Source: a virus (taxonomy: Duplodnaviria > Caudoviricetes). Taken from it: 64,000 nt of DNA. Below are positions 27,658 to 38,872 of the stretch, piece by piece; position 1 is the stretch's first letter, and each line of letters begins with the position of its first letter. The position numbers and the translations under genes are program-made. The stretch lies in IMG/VR virus record IMGVR_UViG_3300035208_003131, positions 20,210-84,209 of that record; one strand, written 5' to 3'. The notes under the pieces were generated by a model. It worked only from the letters and a program-made list of their open reading frames with translations. It searched no databases and was not told the DNA's origin.

Positions 27658-29246
27658 TAGAATGGACTCCCAGTCTCTTGTGGAGACTGTGTTTGCAACG
27701 GTGGGTTTTTGTTACCGTTTTCATTACTATCTAATATAGTTTCTTGTACAGGTAAAATTTCAACTTCCGTTATTTTTTCAGTTTTTAGATCTTTATTTTT
27801 TAACTCGTTCATTTTTTCCACCTGTGCTTCAATCTCTTCTCTACTCTTTGAAGGAGCTTTAATCGAACCACGTAAATCACTTGTACGAGAGGTAAATGAA
27901 TCCGCATTACCATCTTGTGATATCTGCATTTCACTATATTGTTTAATATCATTATTAGACGCACTACGAACACGCATATGTGAATAATCACACTTAGACA
28001 TACTATTTATCATATTTGGACCAAAACGATTCTTAAGAATCATATGATAAAATAAATGATGTTCTTTTAATAGTGGATCTTGTGTAATAGTAATCATTAA
28101 ATCAGCTGTATCATTTAATCCAGCACTACCAGCAACATTTTCCATCGAAGCTTCTTTACTACCATAACCATCACGATTTAATTGTGATGCAGTTACAACA
28201 GCGATTTCACGAGCCTTTGCCATATCACGTAGTTGTTCGGCAATCTCTTTACCCATTGTATATAGAGTATGACTGCCTATTCCATTCGCACGTTTAGCAG
28301 GTTTCATAATACCAATATAATCAACTACTAACATATCAATATCAAATCCTTTAGTGCGTTTTATTTCAATAATTTCATTTTCGATATCAACAACAGTTGC
28401 AGTGGTAGGTAATGCTTTAACAACTAGATTACCGACATCATGTACATCCTTATCGGGTACAGTGGTTAATAATCGTTTTAAATCAGCCCCATTTGAAACA
28501 CGAACTTCATTCATTGGTACATCAGTAATATTTGACGTAATACGTTCCCATATTAATTCTTCGGCCATTTCTAACGTAATATACATAACATTGTATCCAC
28601 GTTGAAATGCAAATGCAGCTTCATTACATAACACAATAGATTTACCAACGTTAGGCATACCCATAAAAATGGTTAACGCTTTCCTATAATGACCACCATA
28701 TCCAGTTCCATTCGATGTAAATGCACGAATATCTTCTAATGCTGATGGTATTGCTCTCATAGATTCATTTAATCGCCTCAATGCTTCATCCGTGTCAGCA
28801 ACTACATCTAACGCACCATCAATATGTAAACTAAAATTAACCGCATTTTGCAATCCTTTGATTAATGTGTTAATGTTTGTAAAATCTCGTTCATGTATGG
28901 CCTCAGCAGCATCTGTTAAAATATTTGTTGTTTGTTGTACTTGAAAAAATGTTTCAATTTGATCGATAACGTAACTGTTTTCCATCGGTTGTATATCACG
29001 ATTACATATGTTAATCAATTTAGTTCGCTGAGTACAAGCAGGTAACGCAGTGACCAATTCTTGAGCACTGGGGTATCGATTATACTTCTTATGGTATCGT
29101 AAAATCCACTCACATATTTTTTTATTAGCAGGATCTTTAAAAACATCCTCCGAGAAATGTGGTGCGATTCGATGTTGTAAAGTAGTATCTTCGAAAAATT
29201 TACGTATTACTAAATCTTCATTAGATATGTCATAGACTTTTTGCAT
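27657..29246 (-). CDS. gp41: Replicative DnaB-like helicase (T4 gp41)
   Basis: GMPNVGKS, YITLEMAE, VVDYIGIM, TASQLNR and LKNRFG. Start moved to 29246 (GGAGA SD). Confidence 0.95.
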   Translation of the reverse strand: MQKVYDISNEDLVIRKFFEDTTLQHRIAPHFSEDVFKDPANKKICEWILRYHKKYNRYPSAQELVTALPACTQRTKLINICNRDIQPMENSYVIDQIETFFQVQQTTNILTDAAEAIHERDFTNINTLIKGLQNAVNFSLHIDGALDVVADTDEALRRLNESMRAIPSALEDIRAFTSNGTGYGGHYRKALTIFMGMPNVGKSIVLCNEAAFAFQRGYNVMYITLEMAEELIWERITSNITDVPMNEVRVSNGADLKRLLTTVPDKDVHDVGNLVVKALPTTATVVDIENEIIEIKRTKGFDIDMLVVDYIGIMKPAKRANGIGSHTLYTMGKEIAEQLRDMAKAREIAVVTASQLNRDGYGSKEASMENVAGSAGLNDTADLMITITQDPLLKEHHLFYHMILKNRFGPNMINSMSKCDYSHMRVRSASNNDIKQYSEMQISQDGNADSFTSRTSDLRGSIKAPSKSREEIEAQVEKMNELKNKDLKTEKITEVEILPVQETILDSNENGNKNPPLQTQSPQETGSPF

Positions 29247-29282
29247 TGAGTTCTCCTTACATAGAAAGATACGCAAAAAAAT

Positions 29283-29308
29283 AAAAAATCGGGAAAGTTT
29301 TTTCCCGA
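29283..29308 (-). terminator. Intrinsic terminator after uvsX
   Basis: TCGGGAAA-GTTT-TTTCCCGA stem with T6 on the minus strand. Confidence 0.8.
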
Positions 29309-29338
29309 CTATTTATTAAAAAAAGTAGTTGACCTAAC

Positions 29339-30577
29339 TTAATCATTCATGTCAAACTCATCCATTTTACCAGCTTTCACAGCTTTACTTACGACGGTCT
29401 CAGCATCTTCAAGGTTTTCACTATCGATATCAATACCTTGTTCTTCTTCATCGTCATATTTAAAATCAATTGGTTTCACAAGTTGTAATTTATTTTTAAT
29501 ATATTCATTGATCTCATCAAAAACAGTTCCAATGGTAGATTCCATATGAATATCTTTTTCTTTACAAACAATCCATTCAGATTCAGGTTTTTTTGGATCT
29601 TTAATTACATAAAAATTTGCACCGCCAGTTTTTTCAGGACCGACAACACCTTTTTTATCAAATTTAGCAGCCGACCACTTTTCAAGTAATTTAGCTTCCA
29701 CAGCCCATTCATGCATTCCATACCATTTATTTAGACCACGCTCCCAATTCAAATAAATCTGAGCCTTCTGACCATCAATACAGAATCTACTTTTAACATT
29801 TTTAGCGGTGATGATAGTACCTTTACGGATCGTACCTTCTTTATACTGCTTTTTAGTCATATGTAGAATTACAGATGATGCATATAACCCACCACTACCA
29901 CCAGCAACGGTCGTAGGATCACCGTAGCCGCCAATATTAGCATATACATGATTAGTGATAAGCATTGGAATATCAAGCGTTCCTAGACGCACTAGAACCG
30001 ATTTATAAAAGCTCTTCAATTGTTTTTGAGCAGTCATATCGTTAACATAATTACTGTTCTGAATATCAGTTCTACTCTTCAATGTATCAAGCATACCTTG
30101 TGAATCGATTACAAATGCACACTTATTTGGGTTCTCAGCCTTTCTTCCCATAGCATCTTCAAGTTGCTCTAGAATTTGGTCGAAGTTACCTTTCAGTTTT
30201 TCAACAACAGATTGACTAATAAGTTTAAATGATCCTTCAGGTAATCCAAAATTAATTAGATCAGAATCACATAGTGAGTTTTCAGTGTCAATGTAATAGA
30301 TAAAATAACCCTTCTCAACGAGTGGACGTGCAAATGCAAACATAGCGAAAAAAGTTTTACCTACCGCTTGTTCTCCTGCAAACATAAATGCTCTATTACT
30401 TGGGAATCCTTTTGTCATGTCGCCCGACATGATTGCGTTCAATGTATATGAACCAGTATCGATCCAATCTTTAACTTCACGCTTGCGACCGCTATCAGCC
30501 ATTTTGTCTCCAGTCTTCACAGAACTGAAAAAACTAAAATCAGGTGCGGTATTCGTTTTCTTCTTTTTTGGTGGCAT
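29339..30577 (-). CDS. uvsX: RecA-like recombinase (T4 UvsX)
   Basis: WIDTGSYTLNAIMSG, GEQAVGKT, VIDSQGML, ITNHVY and GGSGGLYASS. Confidence 0.95.
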   Translation of the reverse strand: MPPKKKKTNTAPDFSFFSSVKTGDKMADSGRKREVKDWIDTGSYTLNAIMSGDMTKGFPSNRAFMFAGEQAVGKTFFAMFAFARPLVEKGYFIYYIDTENSLCDSDLINFGLPEGSFKLISQSVVEKLKGNFDQILEQLEDAMGRKAENPNKCAFVIDSQGMLDTLKSRTDIQNSNYVNDMTAQKQLKSFYKSVLVRLGTLDIPMLITNHVYANIGGYGDPTTVAGGSGGLYASSVILHMTKKQYKEGTIRKGTIITAKNVKSRFCIDGQKAQIYLNWERGLNKWYGMHEWAVEAKLLEKWSAAKFDKKGVVGPEKTGGANFYVIKDPKKPESEWIVCKEKDIHMESTIGTVFDEINEYIKNKLQLVKPIDFKYDDEEEQGIDIDSENLEDAETVVSKAVKAGKMDEFDMND

Positions 30578-30638
30578 TTTTTATTCCTCTTATATTAATA
30601 TTTAATAAGATACACGAAAAAATACGGGATTACCATGT

Positions 30639-31562
30639 TTATTTTAGAAGATTTATACCACCTTTCATTTCACGTAAAATTTTATCAGAATTAAAAATTA
30701 GAGGACTAATAAATACCGGAATTCCACGATGAGATACCACGGTATATGGCATTTTTTGATTCTTAAGTTTAATTGGCTTAGTAGTCATTAATATGTATGG
30801 ATTAGGAGTACTAGTAAGTGTACTGGTATCCTGTAAAAAACCATGCATTTTAAGTTCCAATACTGATATTCCATTACGAACACCAATTACATTCACACGA
30901 GCCTGTGAATGTCGATCATCCATTTTTATAACATAATCAGCGTCAATTTCAGAATCTATTTTATTAAATAATCCCTTTGTTGGTATCTGAAGCATTCGAA
31001 GATAACTCTCAAGTTTTGCATATCCTGTTAATAGACTTTTATTACCTTTAAATAGATGAATTGTATTTAAATACCGCTGTAAAATTGGTGCTAACATACG
31101 CCCATTATCAGTAGATAATCTATGAATCATTTTATGTACAAGAGGTAACTCACTCACACCCATATCGCCAAATGAAATCACTTTACCATTATCATCACGC
31201 ATGGTATTTTTTATTTCTTTAATTGCACCTTTAAATTCAACACCATCAATCTGAAGAATATAATTTTCACCGAATGTTTTTAATGCATTTACAACATTAT
31301 GTGGATTTTCAGACGACATTGTAAAATCATGTGAATCCGAAATTATATATGTATTAATTCCCTTTGCTGAAAATTTAACACACGGAACCGAACCATTACC
31401 GCCTTTAACATAATACACCTGTGAATATTCAACCTGTACGTATTTATATAGATTTCCATCCTTCTTAGTATAATTTAAATCACGGGCTATATTTCTATAA
31501 TCCGCACTAGGTTCACGTGTAAATACTACCTGTGTAGTACTATCAATATTTTGTACTATCAT
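30639..31562 (-). CDS. Hypothetical protein (307 aa), probably late
   Basis: Translationally coupled (ATGA overlap) to the gp25 fusion gene. Confidence 0.6.
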   Translation of the reverse strand: MIVQNIDSTTQVVFTREPSADYRNIARDLNYTKKDGNLYKYVQVEYSQVYYVKGGNGSVPCVKFSAKGINTYIISDSHDFTMSSENPHNVVNALKTFGENYILQIDGVEFKGAIKEIKNTMRDDNGKVISFGDMGVSELPLVHKMIHRLSTDNGRMLAPILQRYLNTIHLFKGNKSLLTGYAKLESYLRMLQIPTKGLFNKIDSEIDADYVIKMDDRHSQARVNVIGVRNGISVLELKMHGFLQDTSTLTSTPNPYILMTTKPIKLKNQKMPYTVVSHRGIPVFISPLIFNSDKILREMKGGINLLK

Positions 31563-34500
31563 ATATTGGCCTCGCCATTTGAAATTGATTTAAGTGTAAT
31601 ACCAATAACTCGAACATTTCCAGTTGGTACTAATAAATATAATACAATCATTACATCATTTATAGCATCATTAAAAAATACATATGAATCTTCTTCTACT
31701 ATAGATACACGTGGTTCGTATCGCTTAACAGATTCAATAATTTCAGTTAACGCACGTTTTTGAAAACCATCAATGTCATCAACAATTGAATGAATATAAT
31801 CTTCAATTCGAGTACCGAAATCAGGATTAAATATTCTTTCACCAGCACGAGTTAGAATAATACTATACACATTCTGTACCATACTATTCTCATCAGTAAC
31901 CTCAGAAAATCCAGAATATCCCATATCTCGATTATATATAGCTGTTATATCAGAGTCACGACCAAATGGACTAATTAATCCAGAACCAGTTGTAAGTGTT
32001 TTTCGCTTTTGATAATCACGAGTTAATTTATCACGTTCTGGATCAAACTCTTCATCATCAAATAATAATGTATATATATCAATATTACTTAATGAACAGT
32101 TTTCATATCCAGTATTAGTAGGGCCAGTTTCAACTTGAACTGGCCCCGTTGTTGCACCAAATGGAACAACAACTTGAATTGCATTTCGATCACCACCAAT
32201 TACCGTACCAACAATTCCATTAAACGTAACAACATTATTAATTGGAATTGGATTTAGTAATCCAACCGTTGCCGATACCGTAACAGTATCACCTACATAA
32301 CCTTGCGTTGGATTAACTTCAATATATACAGGACATCCAGTTACAACATTTATTGTACGAATTGCGGCATTTTCATTTCCACATGGATCACTTACAGTAT
32401 ATAGGATTAAATAAGTACCAAGTGTATTTGAATCAACTGCACCCTGTATTAAAATATCGGCGGTAACATCACCAAAAATATTATCAATTGCAATAGCACC
32501 TTCCTCTATATATGATTCACCTTGAATTACTTCCATGACCTGATCACCATTAATTGATATGATAGGAGGAGTATTATCTAAAATATTAGTAATTGTATTT
32601 GTAAATAATGTAACATTATTATGTACCATACTCATAACAAAATCCATCTCACCATCAGGAGTTCCAAATCCATAATATACTGTAACCGATGTCATAGTCG
32701 CATTCGTAATATTTAAATTTGAATTTAAAAACGATCTACTTGATGTTTCATCATGATTTAAATTGATACCAGTCAAAGTCAATACTGAATCATTATTAAA
32801 ACATTCAGGTGTTACACTAGTTAATACCGGAGGTATTATTGATGTAGTATCATTACCCTCAGTATTCGCATAAACAGTCAATACTCCATTAACCAACCCA
32901 TCCACTTCAATATCAAATGTCATCTCATCAACACTTGCTACTAAATTACTTATAACACCATAACTTGTATCAGAAACTTCACCTTCAGCAAATATACCTG
33001 GAGATGAACTATTACTCGCTATTATAGCACTAACTGGATCAAGTGGATTAAATGTAACATGCATGTTTAATATAAAATGATCAGCATCAATAATTGTATA
33101 TCCATCAACCGAAATAGCAAGTGTGTTGGTAGTAGGTATAGGTTCAGTTGCAAATGCTAAATTACCAACCTCATCCGCAACATCAACACGTAATATACCT
33201 GTACCTGTAACATTAACTTCATATATTAATATTCGAGGATCTGTTGAATTACTTAAAGAACCGGTACCATTAATAAACGATACACTAGATTGATTAATCG
33301 GAGAAATATCAGTAATAGTCACATTAATTATATCGCCAGTACCCACAATAGTTGGAATTTCAATCATAGGTGCATAATCATCAACAATAATAGACACCTG
33401 ATTATTATAATCGCTTGTTATAATACCATCTTTAATTACATATGCAGGTGATACATAATTATACATCTTCATATTCATATCATCTGTATGATCTAAATCA
33501 ATTGCAGATCCACCAGTTGAATATGAAATCTGAATCTCTACATTAAATCCAATTTGAGTTGCCGCAACAATGTAATATAAATCACCAATTACAATAGGTG
33601 CATTTGTGTGATTACCTAATGAATTAAATGATACAATATCACCAATTTTAAATGAGCAGTTTTCAACTAATATTGTATCCGCAACATCATCCACACTTAA
33701 TACATTATACTTACCTTGAATACCAGATGGTAATGTAAATGTAAATAAATTATTTGGAGCATCTATATCAACAAGACCTATACTTTGAGTTAATCCACCT
33801 GAAACGGTACCACCAATAAGTGTATCATCAGCAATATTAAGTGTTAATGGGTCTTCTACATTGAACCCAATAATATCAACTATATCACCTGAACGAACAA
33901 CCGCTGATACTTGTTCAGTTGAATGTTTACGATAATACATTAGAATTGGAGCTGTTAATCTAGCACTCTGATTACCAATCTCGTCTTTGACAGCAATATC
34001 ATAATATCCATCACCAATCCCACTTAATGTGAAATCAAACGATAAATTTGTTGATGGTGATTTTACAATATTAGATGGTGTTACATTTGTCAACGACGAA
34101 GTCTTACGTATTTCAATATCCAACGAGTCATCAGATATCTCACTATCATCAATCCCAAGAGCCGATACGTCAACAACAGTCTGTCTAAGTGATATACCAC
34201 CAACATCAGTAACTGTTGATGTATTTCCGGGTATATTAATTGTATATGTAAATGCAGTTGGTGTAGTAAGTACAACAGCACTACGTACATTATAATTAGG
34301 TGAAATAATATTAACTAGATCCCCAACATTTAAATTACTAGAAGTTGTCGATGTAATAGTAACTTCACCAAATCCATCACCAATCGCACTATCAACGATT
34401 AATGCATTATTTGTATTAGTTAATTGAACCGTAGGAGGCTCTTCATCATCAACAACACCAGAACTAATAACAATATACGGTTTATATTCAATTGTTTCAG

Positions 34501-36061
34501 TACTCCAATATACATTTTCAATTGAGTTCGATTCCTGAGTTTTAACAAATCCAACATCAGGAACCTCAATACCATCTAACCACTTAGTTAGTTTATCTGT
34601 ACTTACAGTAAATTTAGTATATGCATCATTTTCACCACTACCAACATTAATAAAATTATAATACCCGATTGGATCACCCATATCAATTAATGGATTAATT
34701 GTATCCCATGTATCAGAATCAGACCATGAATCATCCACCATTTGAAATAATCCCATTTGAGCATCACCATCAGTACCACTTTCATATACAGCATTAATTT
34801 CAGCAAATAATAATTGTGATAATGGTATACCAGCAATCGGAAATCTAAACACCATACGTTGATAATTTGGAGGTGAATTAGTACTAAAATTTCTTACTTT
34901 CAATTGCGTTGATGAACCAAAATCATTAGCTACATTATTATCAATATATGTATCTTTATCAGCATATCGAAGATATGTAAATAGCGTATGATCTTCAAGT
35001 ATTTTTGCTTCATACCCACTTACATAATTAACTGCGATTGCAGCCGAAGGTGGACGACTTGAATATTTAATTGAGCCTACTAATTCAAGTGTTGTTGACG
35101 TATTTCCAGTTAATTTACATTCAACTGAGTTTGTACTAAGGCGACTAGTTATAATTAATTGATTGCCGTCATAATTAGTAGTACCTTCAATTGCAATGAT
35201 ATCATTAACTTGTAAATCATGAGATCTAGTTGTGTTAATTGTTATTGTACCCGAACCATCGCCTGAAATTGAACTAATTGATTGTTCATTTACAACAACT
35301 TCCCAAAATTCTACAGTTCCGCTAGTATGAGTACTTGCAGTCACAACATGTTTTGTGTGATATGTGAATGTAGTAGGACCTGTAACCGTAATTTTAAATG
35401 TACCTTCATACCGTTCACCCGAACTACCAAACGAACGAACTCCACTACTAATGTCAGTAATGCGAACTGCATCACCTGAATTATATGAATGAGCTGCACT
35501 TGTTGTTACAGTTACGGTATTTCCCAATGATGTAATATTAGAAATAGTTTCAGTTTTACTATTATCTCGGTGTTCAAATACCCAGTTCATTGGATTAGTA
35601 ATATTTTCACCATTCAATCCAATATATGAGTATGAATCTTCACAGTCATTATATCGACCTAAACGTTCTGTATTATCCCACATCCCACGTAGATTGAACC
35701 TACCTTGATTTGCAAGGGTTGCACTACTACTAAGAGTTCGAGTTGGCATATATAATAATATTTCAGATGAGAATTTGTTCTCATCAATACGAGGTGGGCG
35801 AATATTATTCATCCAGTCATCATACCCTTCTGTCATTGTACCACCAACACCTTGAAATGGCTGTATATCGTTAATTGCATAATAACCACTGTTATCTAAT
35901 ACAGTCAATACATAATGATGATTGAAAAATCCACGGACACGATAATCCTGTAACGCATATGACCCACCGGAAATACACTCTAGAGATAGCTCCAATGAAT
36001 ATCGAGTTACTCCATTAACAGTAGTTGAACTACCATCTTCTTTAATTCTAAGTTCTAACAT
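31559..36061 (-). CDS. gp25: Baseplate wedge gp25 fused C-terminally to a roughly 1370-aa multi-domain beta-sandwich array
   Basis: C-terminal IILTRAGERIFNPDFGT...RYEPRV is GPW/gp25. Upstream are E1-FCCH-like repeats (AHSYNSGDAVRI, SHDLQVNDIIAI), a DNRLRE/CBM96-like domain (DKDTYI..NDFGS...RMVFRF), a DUF5011-like Ig domain (DNTPPIISINGD...YTVSD..GN) and an IPT/TIG domain. Confidence 0.85.
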   Translation of the reverse strand: MLELRIKEDGSSTTVNGVTRYSLELSLECISGGSYALQDYRVRGFFNHHYVLTVLDNSGYYAINDIQPFQGVGGTMTEGYDDWMNNIRPPRIDENKFSSEILLYMPTRTLSSSATLANQGRFNLRGMWDNTERLGRYNDCEDSYSYIGLNGENITNPMNWVFEHRDNSKTETISNITSLGNTVTVTTSAAHSYNSGDAVRITDISSGVRSFGSSGERYEGTFKITVTGPTTFTYHTKHVVTASTHTSGTVEFWEVVVNEQSISSISGDGSGTITINTTRSHDLQVNDIIAIEGTTNYDGNQLIITSRLSTNSVECKLTGNTSTTLELVGSIKYSSRPPSAAIAVNYVSGYEAKILEDHTLFTYLRYADKDTYIDNNVANDFGSSTQLKVRNFSTNSPPNYQRMVFRFPIAGIPLSQLLFAEINAVYESGTDGDAQMGLFQMVDDSWSDSDTWDTINPLIDMGDPIGYYNFINVGSGENDAYTKFTVSTDKLTKWLDGIEVPDVGFVKTQESNSIENVYWSTETIEYKPYIVISSGVVDDEEPPTVQLTNTNNALIVDSAIGDGFGEVTITSTTSSNLNVGDLVNIISPNYNVRSAVVLTTPTAFTYTINIPGNTSTVTDVGGISLRQTVVDVSALGIDDSEISDDSLDIEIRKTSSLTNVTPSNIVKSPSTNLSFDFTLSGIGDGYYDIAVKDEIGNQSARLTAPILMYYRKHSTEQVSAVVRSGDIVDIIGFNVEDPLTLNIADDTLIGGTVSGGLTQSIGLVDIDAPNNLFTFTLPSGIQGKYNVLSVDDVADTILVENCSFKIGDIVSFNSLGNHTNAPIVIGDLYYIVAATQIGFNVEIQISYSTGGSAIDLDHTDDMNMKMYNYVSPAYVIKDGIITSDYNNQVSIIVDDYAPMIEIPTIVGTGDIINVTITDISPINQSSVSFINGTGSLSNSTDPRILIYEVNVTGTGILRVDVADEVGNLAFATEPIPTTNTLAISVDGYTIIDADHFILNMHVTFNPLDPVSAIIASNSSSPGIFAEGEVSDTSYGVISNLVASVDEMTFDIEVDGLVNGVLTVYANTEGNDTTSIIPPVLTSVTPECFNNDSVLTLTGINLNHDETSSRSFLNSNLNITNATMTSVTVYYGFGTPDGEMDFVMSMVHNNVTLFTNTITNILDNTPPIISINGDQVMEVIQGESYIEEGAIAIDNIFGDVTADILIQGAVDSNTLGTYLILYTVSDPCGNENAAIRTINVVTGCPVYIEVNPTQGYVGDTVTVSATVGLLNPIPINNVVTFNGIVGTVIGGDRNAIQVVVPFGATTGPVQVETGPTNTGYENCSLSNIDIYTLLFDDEEFDPERDKLTRDYQKRKTLTTGSGLISPFGRDSDITAIYNRDMGYSGFSEVTDENSMVQNVYSIILTRAGERIFNPDFGTRIEDYIHSIVDDIDGFQKRALTEIIESVKRYEPRVSIVEEDSYVFFNDAINDVMIVLYLLVPTGNVRVIGITLKSISNGEANI

Positions 36062-36081
36062 ATGAAACGCTTGTTTTCCTA

Positions 36082-36090
36082 TAGTTTATA
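36082..36090 (-). promoter_or_regulatory. Late promoter TATAAACTA
   Basis: Exact motif 21 nt upstream of the gp25 fusion gene. Confidence 0.75.
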
Positions 36091-36123
36091 AAGAAAAATA
36101 GGTTTCTTTGTGGAGTATTTTAC

Positions 36124-36909
36124 TTAAAATTGAATTTTACTACGATATATATCAGAAACCGCTTTATATCGATCAATAGAGGACTTTGCATACTGCTTCC
36201 AATTATCAGTTTTTAACAAACTAATAATACCATCACCCATTTTTTCATATTCAAGTTCAATAATAGAATTACCCATATAATTCTGAGGACTTTTTTCACT
36301 AACAACACATCGTCCATTAATTATTGGATAATACATACGAGCTTGCTCTTGTTTAGATTGTTCACCTGAATGCAAATTTAAAACAATTTTACTTCGCTGG
36401 ATATATGAATCAAGTTCTTTACCCCAAACCCCATATAAATCAAATACTTTATATTTCCCAGCAAATTTTTGTTGTAAATAAAACAATAATTTCGCACGTC
36501 TTTCATGCATATAACCATAAAACAATACATCGATATCACAATCAACTTCATCCACAGATGGAAGAATATTAAGTGTATTAGTGTACATAAGAGGAACAAA
36601 TTTTGCATTTAAATTATAGTTTTTTCGAATCCATGCAATATTTGATTGATCATAATCCCATATTTCATCAGCAGCACGTAAATTATAAAATGATTGACGA
36701 TTAACCCAATGAGATCCATCATACAATTGTTCTAGTTGATATACAATTACTTTATAACCAGGATACTTAGATTTGATATCATTTAAATTTTTCAAAACAT
36801 TATAACCAAGAACAAAAACCGTAGTATCATATTTAGGATTATTTCCTACTAACTCACGTAATGTAATTTCAACATGATCAAATACTCTATTAAATTTAAA
36901 TACTTCCAT
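36124..36909 (-). CDS. Glycosyltransferase, CgeB/Glyco_trans_1_2-like
   Basis: ADEIWDY, DIDVLFYG..HERRAKL, GKELDSYIQRSKIVLNLH and GRCVVSE. Confidence 0.75.
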   Translation of the reverse strand: MEVFKFNRVFDHVEITLRELVGNNPKYDTTVFVLGYNVLKNLNDIKSKYPGYKVIVYQLEQLYDGSHWVNRQSFYNLRAADEIWDYDQSNIAWIRKNYNLNAKFVPLMYTNTLNILPSVDEVDCDIDVLFYGYMHERRAKLLFYLQQKFAGKYKVFDLYGVWGKELDSYIQRSKIVLNLHSGEQSKQEQARMYYPIINGRCVVSEKSPQNYMGNSIIELEYEKMGDGIISLLKTDNWKQYAKSSIDRYKAVSDIYRSKIQF

Positions 36910-37039
36910 TATCTTATACCTTTATTTTATATTTTAGATGACCTAAATATGGATGTAAACATAATTATAACAATACATATTATTACATCAAACCTAAATT
37001 TTAAATCATTCCACACATTATATAATCGATTAAACTTCA

Positions 37040-37693
37040 TTATCTAACACCCTCAGCATAAACAACTAAATGGTTTTTCCGAAAACATGATATTGCATAT
37101 GTATTAGTATAGTCTTTACTTTTTAATCCACCAACCAACTTCCATTCAACTGGTCGAGTCAACATAACACCATTACCGAATCCATCACCATTAAGTGATC
37201 TAATGATTATCCAATCATCGACAAACCATCTAATATTATCGGACGTTTTTAACTTATGTGATTTATTATTCGTACATATTGCACCTAATTTACGCTTATA
37301 ATCATATTCGATATGAATATTTAATAAATCGGAAAGCCAATTCAAACTTTCAAATGATATTAAAGGTTCTACAATCGCAACGTAATCAAATGTATCGTTT
37401 GATTCAACTATATCATTCATCATAATAGTTGGATCAAATGTTGAATTATCGTATATAGGAATTATATCATCAAATACAGGATCAATTGCAACTTCTGATC
37501 TTTTACTATACGACGCAATATAATTAGCAAGAAATGATTTATTAAATGATTCTCTTATTCCAGTTATAGGTATATATAATGTTGGTTGAATATTATTATA
37601 ATTACTTCTCATAAGTTGCATCAAACATGTAGCTACCTCTTCATCATGATAATATACAGGAACTAATATTGCAATTTTATACATTACTATCAC
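37040..37693 (-). CDS. Divergent GT2-like glycosyltransferase
   Basis: KIAILVPVYY..EEVATCL start, DYVAIVEP where the DxD would be, and GNGVML..W..VGG. Confidence 0.45.
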   Translation of the reverse strand: MIVMYKIAILVPVYYHDEEVATCLMQLMRSNYNNIQPTLYIPITGIRESFNKSFLANYIASYSKRSEVAIDPVFDDIIPIYDNSTFDPTIMMNDIVESNDTFDYVAIVEPLISFESLNWLSDLLNIHIEYDYKRKLGAICTNNKSHKLKTSDNIRWFVDDWIIIRSLNGDGFGNGVMLTRPVEWKLVGGLKSKDYTNTYAISCFRKNHLVVYAEGVR

Positions 37694-38342
37694 CTAACGG
37701 ACGAGCTTTAGTTAACGGTGCATTTCTAGCCGCACGTCTACCATCATCATCATAAAAATCATTTGAATATGGATTCTCATCAAGACCAGCAACCGCCTCT
37801 TCCAACTCAAATGATCTTTCAACTTGTTGATGGAACCGCTCAATTCGATGTTCTAAATAATCCATTGATATATCAATCATATCTTGATCATCGATATATA
37901 ACATTTCGGGATCATATAATTCATTATTAACTCTATTAATTGCAGCAGCTAAAGCTTTCTTATATGAAAACGCATATATTCCATATGCAAACCCTTTAGA
38001 GTTGCAACATTCACCGATATGAACTACATCAGACTCTTCACCTTCAGCAAACATAGTTTCAAATACATTACCACTCGGAGTTACATCACCACCAGTGACC
38101 ATTAGATTATTATCTAACGTCAATTGGGTTGAATATGGCGTAACAAAAAATAACGCAGTATCATCAAAAATTATACAATATACAATTTCAGTATTAATTA
38201 CATATTCATAATACGATGAAAACATGAATGTATATAATCCATTGTTTCCATCCACAGTTAGTCGATTAAATTCTTCTTTAAATTCTTTTTTTAACTCAAC
38301 TGGATCATCATTATAAAACGCTATAATCTCATTGTCTATCAT
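37677..38342 (-). CDS. Hypothetical protein (221 aa)
   Basis: Coupled ORF in the operon; no motif recognised. Confidence 0.6.
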   Translation of the reverse strand: MIDNEIIAFYNDDPVELKKEFKEEFNRLTVDGNNGLYTFMFSSYYEYVINTEIVYCIIFDDTALFFVTPYSTQLTLDNNLMVTGGDVTPSGNVFETMFAEGEESDVVHIGECCNSKGFAYGIYAFSYKKALAAAINRVNNELYDPEMLYIDDQDMIDISMDYLEHRIERFHQQVERSFELEEAVAGLDENPYSNDFYDDDGRRAARNAPLTKARPLGDSNV

Positions 38343-38671
38343 ATTATTTTTGAAAAATATGTAAGAATATTTTGAAGAAGAACATTTTCAGTATTTTTTT
38401 CCTGGTCAAGTAAATCGACATAACGTTTCATTGCGTTAACTACTTGAGTTGGAAATTTTTCATATTCAACTACATAATCTGGATCATTTGTTATAAATGA
38501 ACCATCCTTTGGATTAATAGTGATCTCATATTTTTCAGCTTCCTCAGGTGTAATTTCGATTTGCTGGTGAAATTGATCAATAGTAAAACGAAGTGATACC
38601 GTACATGGTAATTTACGACTGTACATACTAATATAATATCTATCTTCTAGTGTAAGCTTAGTGCTCATCAT
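38339..38671 (-). CDS. Hypothetical protein (110 aa)
   Basis: Coupled ORF in the operon. Confidence 0.6.
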   Translation of the reverse strand: MMSTKLTLEDRYYISMYSRKLPCTVSLRFTIDQFHQQIEITPEEAEKYEITINPKDGSFITNDPDYVVEYEKFPTQVVNAMKRYVDLLDQEKNTENVLLQNILTYFSKII

Positions 38672-38855
38672 TTACCTTCTTGCGTGTTTTAAATTTAAAA
38701 TCTTTATAAAGTTCATCGAGTAGTGTTATATACATAAGACTAATAATTATAATCGTAGCAACTACCAAAAATATCGGTAACATAATTGCAACAATCATTG
38801 AAAGTATAAATTCTTTTATAATTAATATACTACGCATATTCAACCTCATCAACAA
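38658..38855 (-). CDS. Small single-pass membrane protein
   Basis: Hydrophobic stretch MIVAIMLPIFLVVATIIIISLMYITLL followed by a basic tail; start uncertain. Confidence 0.5.
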   Translation of the reverse strand: MLMRLNMRSILIIKEFILSMIVAIMLPIFLVVATIIIISLMYITLLDELYKDFKFKTRKKVNDEH

Positions 38856-38872
38856 GATACTTTTTTTTTAAA

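Noticed and set aside
31559-31960. Lysozyme activity for the gp25 domain
   Set aside because: The 'gp25 lysozyme' label is a legacy annotation; gp25 is structural, and no catalytic motif is evident.
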